From Octopus vulgaris (lineage: Eukaryota): DNA of 64,000 nucleotides. The notes below the pieces were generated by a model that was not told the origin of the DNA, ran no database searches, and saw nothing but the letters and a program-made list of their open reading frames with translations. The translations under genes and the position numbers were made by a program. Where the stretch lies: positions 147,064,001-147,128,000 of the forward strand of contig OX597815.1 of the NCBI GenBank assembly GCA_951406725.2. Direction: 5' to 3'. Below, piece by piece: positions 54,499-64,000 of the stretch; within the stretch, counting starts at the first letter, position 1, and the number at the start of each line of letters is the position of its first letter.

Positions 54499-54886
54499 AA
54501 GTTTTACACATTTTTACATTTCCAATGATAGATTGGATCTGTAGTCTTCGAATTAACTTTCTCCTTTCTGGTTTTAAGAAGCCTAATTTCTCAAGACTGG
54601 TATTTAGTCAGTGGGTTACATATCCCAGGGCTCCAATAATTACAGGTATACACCTGAACTTGAATGTATGTCATTGTTCAGTGTTATTTCAAAATTTCTT
54701 GACAATAGAGAAAGTGCCGGTTTCTAATCTAGATTCAAGGCACCTCCATTGGAATTTCAACATCAAGAACAAAATATCTTTGTATGAATGTAAACGTACT
54801 CAGTTGTATGTTTTATTTTATGTATGCTTTCTCAAACATATACTTGCATATCTAGACATGCTCATATATACTTAAATGAGAAAGTT
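54499..54886 (-). mobile_element. Permuted copy of the RLE LINE 3' end seen at 48970-49372
   Basis: 3'UTR (54663-54886) lies upstream of the ORF end KFRCIPVIIGALGYVTH*LNTSLEKLGFLKPERRKLIRRLQIQSI (54499-54662). Confidence 0.75.
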
Positions 54887-55122
54887 ATGCGACAATAGCG
54901 TCATTCAAGTTATGTGATAAATAGCAGATTACGTAGAATTTTATAAGGAATGGCTGAACTATGGTGTACTTCGTTTCTTGATAGTAGTTCTGTTCTTTTA
55001 TTTAATATACCATAAAATGTAATCGCGTGCTTACCCTATATCAGGACTCTAATTATGGCTTCAGCCATTTTAGATATTCTAATACACACATACCTGTGTT
55101 CATATATACGTGTATATATATG

Positions 55123-55155
<33 letters not shown>

Positions 55156-55235
55156 TTGCGTGCGTGCATATACAGGGGACTTGCAATCTATGTAGGCAAA
55201 GTAGGCAGTCCATACCTTGAATAAAATAGATCGAT

Positions 55236-55412
55236 ACTCTTTTACTCTTTCTCTTGTTCAGGTATTTGACTGCGACCATGCTGGAGTACCGCCTTTAGTC
55301 GAGCAAATCGACCTCAGGACTTATTTTATTGGTCTCTTTTGCCGAACCGCTAGGTTACAGGGACGTCAACACACCAGCATCGGTTGTCAAGCGATGTTGG
55401 GTAGACAAACAA

Positions 55413-55494
<82 letters not shown>

Positions 55495-55671
55495 GTATAC
55501 ATATATACGACGGGCTTCTTTCAGTTTCCGTCTCCCAAATCCACTTACAAGGCTTTGATCGGCCCGAGGCTATAATAGAAGACACTTGCCCAAGGTGGCA
55601 CGCAGTGGGATAGAACTTGGTACTATGTGATTGGTAAGCAAGTTACTTACTACACAGGCTTTCCTGCGCCT
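55236..55671 (-). mobile_element. tRNA-derived SINE (main family)
   Basis: Reverse complement is colinear with 10189-10567. Confidence 0.9.
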
Positions 55672-56092
55672 GCGACATTTTAATTTCATTGCAAAATATG
55701 GGCCTAATAACATAAAATCATGAAGGTTACTCTGATTACTATGCATAAAATGCAAACATTTAAAATTTTTTGCTGAGTAGGTAGGCATAATTCGTCCATG
55801 ATTTTCAATCTCAGTATTTAAGCGATGCACAGTACTGCTGTAGCACAACAGCATTTTCTTTACGTGCTATAAGGGCAGAGGTATTTCACTTAATTTTGTG
55901 TGTTTTAATACCTGAAGGGCACCAGTTGCCCACCTTGGCAGCTGCTGCTATCTGTCTATCTGTCTATCTGTCTATCTGTCTGTCTGTCTGTCTGTCCCTA
56001 TCTATATGCATATATATGTATATATGTATATATATTTATATGTATATATATGTGTATATATCTATGCGTGTAGTTATATATGTATATACATG

Positions 56093-56166
<74 letters not shown>

Positions 56167-56888
56167 TATGTGTAATGCCACACTTCCATTTCCAAGTATG
56201 TTTTATCTTAATACATCTGATGCGCACTCTACAACTATCTCTATTATTCTTCTTTCCGTTTTTCTCCTACTCCCCTTCACTGTTCTCTTTCTCTCCCTCT
56301 CTCTCCCTCACACTTCCTTCTTGACTCTTTTGTTGCTCACACCTGACCAGCTGCTATCTTCCTTTTTTCTCATGCTTTACAAGAGACGACAGGATTTTGT
56401 CTGTCTCTGTCAAAGCTCGATCTCCAGCCTTCACCACTTCGCATCGTTATGGCTTAACAGCCATTACCGTTTGTTTTTACAGTTTTTTTTATTACTGTCC
56501 TGTTTTTATTACCACTTTAACCCTCGGCAAAACCCAAATTTTATTAAATTTGCTTTGTGAGAACAATTCTTTTAGCAAAGTCGCGTCTTTCCGGGATTTT
56601 TGAAAAAAAATTATCTAGTGAATTTTTAATTATATGGGATCCGTTTCCGTCGTGACTCTTCTGCTATGGTATTAAAGACAGCTGGACCGGTTGACGTAGG
56701 TTAATTGTGACGTAATGTTGTAACGTATCTAGAATTGGATTTTTGTAGTGAGTGGATAGCACGTGGACCAAGTCTTGGATTGATTTTGAAATTGATGCCA
56801 ACATCATTTGTGCAATATTGATGGAATATTTTCCACATCACACAAATGAGGTAACGCTCTGAGCTGAAACAAGTAAAGCGAAAAACGA

Positions 56889-56988
<100 letters not shown>

Positions 56989-57395
56989 GTATATATATTT
57001 ATGTATGCATATAAAAAATTTGTTTGCTTGTTATCAGTCGTAAGACACTGTTGTTTTCACCGTTAATGCTTCTGTATTTCATGTTTCTGTATTCCATTAT
57101 TGTTTTTTGTTTTTTATATCTGTCCCTTTTGCTGTCCTGGTGTTCGTATGCATTCGATCCTTCTTCCAGGAAATCTACGCTTCCAGCTTAGTTTTTCTAA
57201 TGCTCGTTGCTTGGTTTTTCTTGGAGGGCTGGCCGTGATCTAGTAATCTCAAGATTAATCAGCCGAAATTACTACGATGATCCGGTTCTTGACTGAAGAC
57301 TGAGGGTTTCGAATGTCCTGTCCGTGTTTATTGTGTCGTCTTCTAAGAGTTATACGTTCTTGTCCATGTTGTATTTTTCTACATACCTTAATATA

Positions 57396-57620
57396 GGCGG
57401 CGAGCTGGCAGAAACGTTAGCGCCCCGGGCGAAATGCTTAGCGGTATTTCGTCTGACGTTATGTTCTGAGTTCAAATTCCGCCGAGGTAGACTTTGCCTT
57501 TCATCCTTTCGGGGTAGATAAATAAAGTACCAGTTTCGCACTGGGGTCGAGTAATCGACTTAATCCATTTGTCTGTCCTTGTTTGTCCCCTCTATATTTA
57601 GCCCCTTGTGGGTAGTAAAG

Positions 57621-57624
<4 letters not shown>
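57396..57624 (+). mobile_element. tRNA-derived SINE (second abundant family)
   Basis: ggcggcgagctggcagaaacgttagc head, gagttcaaattcc B box, ctttgcctttcatcctttcgggg core. Confidence 0.85.
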
Positions 57625-57657
<33 letters not shown>

Positions 57658-58712
57658 TGTAGTTACACCCACCCGCCCACCCACACACAAACACACACAC
57701 ACACACACATATATGTATATATATAAAAAATAGGGACCCTCTCTGTCTTCCATTCGTTTGTGCCTTCAATATAAGCAGGTGATTATCTGTCGTTGTTTAT
57801 TTACAACGAAACTTTTTCAGTTATTAAGTAACGGCACGCACGTACACCCGACATTTTTAAGAGTAAGTACACACACACAAACACACACATCCAAACATAT
57901 ACATGTATACCTATACATGAATAAACGCACATTTTATATGTGCTTTTGTATTTATGAGGGAGTGTGGTTGATGGGTGCATAAGTCTACATCTTTGATGAC
58001 ACTCACATCCGATTAATGAAACTACATTGGAAAACACTTTTGAGCTTGTCGTCCAAATAAGGTTAAGAAACGCATTCTTTCCTGCACGTTTTCTATTCTT
58101 TTCATAATCTACGTTATGCGGAACGAAGACTTATGGAATGCAACGGAACTGTCAAGAACGCATGTATAAGCATTCACGAAAATATTTAACACTGATCAGA
58201 AAAGAATATTATCGAATATATAATACCTCTACACACACACAGAAACACACACGCACACACACACACACACATCCATACACATACACACACACATGCACGC
58301 ACAAAAGTACTCACACAAACACACGCACAAACACATACACCTATATATATATATATATGAACGTATATACATACGCAGGTAAACGTCTTTCAAGATTTAG
58401 ATATTAACATCTTAACATCATACGCAGTATTTTGCCTCTCAACTGCAAACTCCACACGCTCACGGTTACATATGAACGTACATATATCCATACACACACA
58501 TACATACATACATACATACATACATACATACATACATACATACATACATACATACATACATACATACATACATACATACATACATACATACATACATACT
58601 TACTTACATATATATATGCATTCATTCATGCCTATATGCACGCGTTATGAGTACATATGTGCATGTATATGTATAGAAATATACATATTTGTGTGGGTGA
58701 GTGTGTTTGCGC

Positions 58713-58771
<59 letters not shown>

Positions 58772-59759
58772 CATACATGCAAACACAGGCAAACACACGC
58801 AAACATATATAGGTATATATATATATGTATGTATATATATATAATGATGTGTCATAATACTATTCCACATGTACCAAAACAGCCATACCAACAATCCAAC
58901 ATACCTCCATTATCAGCTGCCCCACGAATACCATCATGATTTCGACACCTGGGCAGTAGCATTCAATTTGGCGGTGTCAATATCGCTAAAATAAGTGTAG
59001 TTTAGGGACAAGCATACCAAAGACACCACAGCTGTCAAACACATTTACCCTTTGTACAACCGCATCGGAAATAAATTCAATAAGTAAATTGCAATCAACT
59101 CCTAAATACGTAATTAAACAGCGACAAAGTTATACAAAATTTATATTCCCTACGGTCTTCCATAAAAGTGAATCAAAAGTCAGTCAAATTATAGCAAGGA
59201 TTAACAACAAACTTTAATAAAACTACAACAAGGAAACATATAAACCGATGTAAATCTATCTGTATTATTAGTAAACTTGCAGTAACCAAATTGTATGCTA
59301 AATCGCGACCAAGCTTTAAGTCCATACAAATAATAATCCTACCAGTTTTCCATTGTTACTACTAAAATTAAATTAAAGCTTAATAAAAATCTCTCCAAAA
59401 CAAAATAAACACGATTCAATATAATATAAATAATAATATAATACATTATTTCATCATTCAAAAGTTAATAACAAAATACTACATACACATTAATATATCA
59501 CCACTGCAAGTTATAATATTAAATTACCAGTGACTAATAGAAGGATTAAATTTTATTAAATACGAACTACTAACTGTATTTGTAATTAACTATTAGTGTA
59601 AAACTTTGCTATGTTTAAAACTAATGAATACTGTTTAAAAGATAGCAAAACTACAAGTATTAACACTTACATGTTCTATCAGACACGCGGTTCCAACACC
59701 AAGTATTTAAAAATACTATCTTAACTATTGATGACGTAGTGCAACCATGTGCATGTGAT

Positions 59760-60492
59760 CGGAAAATAAAAAAAAAAAGCTCGACAAATAAATATCAGAA
59801 AATGCGCAGTTATGAAATTTACTCGTCGCTTCTTCGTAACCAGACCGATCCGTTTCTCAACCGTATTTTAACTTGCGATGAAAAGTGGAATCTGTACAAT
59901 AATAAAAATCGTTCTTCACAGTAGTTGGGCCAAAATGAAGCACCGAGAAACCTCCCAAAACCCGAGCTCTTCAAAAAGAAGACTATAGTGAATGTTTGGT
60001 GGTGTAATGCTGGATTTATCCATTATAGCTTCTGAAGCCCGGAAAAAAAAAGCATTATTGCAGTAACATATTGCCATGAAATTTCAAAAATAAGCGAAAA
60101 ACTGGAACTCCTCCGTCTCAGACTGGTCAACAGAAGAGGGTCAGTCATTCCTCATGACAATGCTCGACCACACATTTCACTAATGGCGCTCCGGAAGTTG
60201 AAATAACTTGGCTACGAAGTTCTTTCCGACACAGCTTATTCACCAGGCATTTGCCCTACCGACTACCATTTTTTCAAGTACCTTGATGGTTTTCTGCTGA
60301 AAGCACGTTAAAAGAGTTCATCAGCTCCAGAACTCCAGATTTTTGTGTTACTGGAAGAAACAAACTTGTAAACTTGTTGGTAAAAATGTGTTGATTGTAA
60401 TGGTACTTTGATGAATAAAATGTCCGCATTGTTGAAATATACTGTGATGAAATTCATGTTTGAAAACGTTGCTTACTTTTTTACTCAACCTG
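59760..60492 (+). pseudogene. Mariner (DD34D) transposase relic with right end
   Basis: PFLNRILTCDEKW; VWW; HDNARPH; YSPGICPTDYHFF; stops and frameshifts; TIR-like ..ttacttttttactcaacctga. Confidence 0.92.
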
Positions 60493-60499
60493 ATGTGTT

Positions 60500-60612
<113 letters not shown>

Positions 60613-60811
60613 GTTTAGAATTGCAAGCTAACAATCATGGGAGTGTACCTGTTATAATTTTTCAAAACAAACCTAGACACAAGAAGACAACGAGGCCCCA
60701 CGTACACAAACACAAACATACACACACATACAGCATACAAAGCTAATCACATATGCACATTTAAAGATACTCACATACACCCACATGCACATACACAATA
60801 TATATATATAA

Positions 60812-60875
<64 letters not shown>

Positions 60876-62292
60876 GCACACATACACACACACACACATA
60901 TATAATTCTACGTAAACCGAAGTGTACAGCCACTATAACGACCACAAAAGCACAAAAAATAAAAAAAAAGTCGAATCACTACACTTATCGATATACACTC
61001 GGACCATTAATTGATGTATAGTGATATATTTAACGATGGTAGAGACGAGAAGGTGGGGATAATGACTTGCCGATACTTCAAAGCTGAACATTCGTTTTAA
61101 CAAATAAAACAGTGACACACTATACATATGTTACAACACATTTATATCTTGCAAGGCGATATGGCAGACATTGTGGTTACTTTACGACAGACATAAATTT
61201 TGCGTAAGAGTTACATTATATCAATTGAAGGCAGGCTCCGAGAAAATAACAGTGTCCGCTTCATATAATGAAGTAGTATTCGATAGATATGTGGACCAAT
61301 AATCTATAGCTATATAGATGTGTATATATACATATATGTGTGTGTGTGCGCGCGCGCGCGCGTGTGTATCAGTGTTTGTATTTATATATGTGTGTGTGTA
61401 TATGAACATACATATAAATGTATATGTATGCATGTACGCACACATATGTGAATATGTGTGTTTGTATAAATATATAAGTATAAATATATATGTGTATGTG
61501 TGTGTGCGTGTGTGTATGTGTATGTATATATACTCACACCCATATATATGCATATTATATTTGTGTATATATATATATATATATATATACGAATATATAT
61601 ATGTGTGTGTGTGCATATATATATATATATATATACACACACAAAGCTATTTATATATATACTTGCAGATGTACATATATTTATATAAACATACATATAT
61701 ATATATATATTTGTGTGTATGTATATATATATATTTCTATATATTTAGATATATATATGAACATAAACATATATGTATATACATAAATAAACGCACTGTG
61801 ATATTATTCACATGTGTGCATGTGTGTATATCTGTGTGTATACATGTCTGTTACTACAGGTGTGTATGATTGTGTGTGTGTGCCTAGGTAAATAAAATAT
61901 TATGACGAAGATTATCCCTCACCAATTCCGGAGTGTTATACAATTGATAGCTTAACTTCACTCAGATATCTACATTTCCATATTTTAAAGAAACCGTTCT
62001 TAAAATTCTAGGCATATAAAATATCATCGCATTCCTTTTATTGGATTTCCGGCCGTCTCTGCAGACCAACTAAGAAGCTAAGAATATAAAAGTCCATTTC
62101 TGATCATTTCATATTAAGAGCAGAAAAGGAGGTGTAGAAAATAAAACAGAATTTATTGCCGTCAATTTGTAATGAGATCATCGATGCAGTCCTATAGAAT
62201 TTTCTCTTACAGATCTGTAAATTATAGACATATATGTGAGCTAAATTATTATCATGTTTTATGTTATTCTTCTTCTTCTTCTTCTTCTTCTT

Positions 62293-62400
<108 letters not shown>

Positions 62401-63364
62401 TTCTTTTTTGTCTTTGCATTATTGCTGTTGATCGTCTTCTTACTTTTCATGTTAGTATTCTTATTATTTTCCAGAAGTGTTATGTTATTTTGAGTTTTCA
62501 ACAACAGTGTTCTCGTTTACTTTAGCTACTTGCAGTTTTGTGTTTGTTCACACCTATGTGGAAGTTGCGCTATATAGAATAATGTTCAGTGTCTAATATT
62601 GCCAGGTTCCGTATGTTTTGTATGTGTTTGTTTATATATCCAAACACACATCCGCATGCGTATATATGTTATGCATATACACACATAGTAAACGAATAAT
62701 AACGGACAGTTCAAAACATCATTACACACGTTTCAATAGCGTGTTTAATTATTTTTTCAACAATGTATACTACATAGCGTAATATTGCTAATTTCATATC
62801 ATTGCATAACTATACCTTTCAACGGGTAATGGTCAGCTAATATCGGTGAAATACGATCAGTTTATGAGGGTAGGGGTAATAGTGAACAAATTATGTGAAA
62901 AGCAAGATTTCCAAGCAATGCTCTGTTTCTAAAATGGCAAAGAGATGTTAAGTCTTACAACAAATAAAACCATCACATTTGCTGTAAAGTAGTGGCGAAA
63001 AGACCATATCACTTTTCAGATGCTTGATGAACATCTACATCGTTCCAAAAATAATGCGATTGTTAGCATGGACATTTTGTAGACTGCCTTAAGTAAACAT
63101 AGGTTTGTGTCAATACAATGATTGTGTCAATACCAAAGTTCACCTCGATGGTATTTGAACTGAAAGCGCATCAGTCAAAAGAAATGCTGCTGTTTTCTCT
63201 GACGCATTAACGATTCTGCCACCTCCCGGTCTCAATAACGATATGTAATATCTATGTACCAATCCTTACAATTTGTGGAAAGAGACACTGTGAGAAATTT
63301 TAAAATGGGCACTTTTCCGCTCTCACAAAACTAACTAGAACAACTAAAATCGAGCGCTCTCAGA

Positions 63365-64000
63365 AGTTAAATAATAAATCGCCGATACCAGCTCCTATCC
63401 GAGCATTGGGTTCGTCACTTTCTATCCAGTTCCTCGGCAGACGTTTGTGCTGAATATGACTGTGGAGTCCAAGTTGGTAGTGACACAGTTGTGGGCAGAA
63501 TACGCACAGAACGGTCGGTGCGGGTCGAGGATGTTGAAGACACTCTTTTCTTCTCCTGCGTTTAACCTCCTCATTCTGTTGTCTATTCTGCTCGAAGGAG
63601 CTGGCTGCATTGCGAATGGCAGTCTCCCAGATTCTCCTATCCTTAGCAATCAGTTCCCATGAGCATGACTGTATGTTAGTTTGAGTCAGGGTCCGTTTGA
63701 GCTGGTCTTTAAAACGGAATTTTGGGCCTCCTCTGGGTCTTGTTCCGATTGCAAGTTCTCCGTAGAACATGATCCTCGGGAGACGAGAGGGTTCCATACG
63801 TTGAACGTGACCTGCCCAGCGGAAAAGATAGCAAAGAATGGTGGCTTCAATGCTTGGCAGCGAGGCGCGACGAAGAGAGTCGGTATCGGTAATGTCATAT
63901 TCCCATCGAATATTGAGCTTGGATTGCTGGTTGCATTCAAGGCACTTGAATTCACGGCGGTACAGTGTCCAAGTCTCACAAGCGTAGAGAAGTGTTGACA
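63365..64000 (-). mobile_element. RTE-clade LINE 3' portion (continues beyond the window)
   Basis: LLYACETWTLYR; RWAGHVQRMEPSRLPRIMFYGEL..RPRGGPKFRFKDQLK; terminal CxxC..GLHSH finger. Confidence 0.9.

Noticed and set aside
57204-57277. ggctg..cagcc-gaaa structure in a repeat-like segment
   Set aside because: CUGANGA box not recognisable; possibly decayed but unsupported

Overview
AT-rich, repeat-saturated animal genomic DNA with no host exon I can support. The SINE families and the density of (TA)n/(CA)n/(TATG)n/(GATA)n/(TAA)n tracts suggest an octopus or other cephalopod (inference). Recognisable contents: many tRNA-headed SINEs, a near full-length decayed CR1-like LINE (38.9-42.3 kb, minus) whose 3' tail matches the main SINE tail, R4/Dong-like, L1/Tx1-like and RTE LINE fragments, mariner and Tc1/maT transposase relics, and three MITEs. 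The main signal is 12 minimal type I hammerhead ribozyme (HHR) motifs from about 9 sequence-distinct families of short non-coding elements, mostly inserted in (TA)n. Several have tandem-plus-inverted architecture like Penelope pseudo-LTRs or retrozymes, and each family has its own palindromic stem III. Fold-back duplications and a circularly permuted LINE 3' end also occur. All structures and coordinates were read by eye; none were computed or searched.
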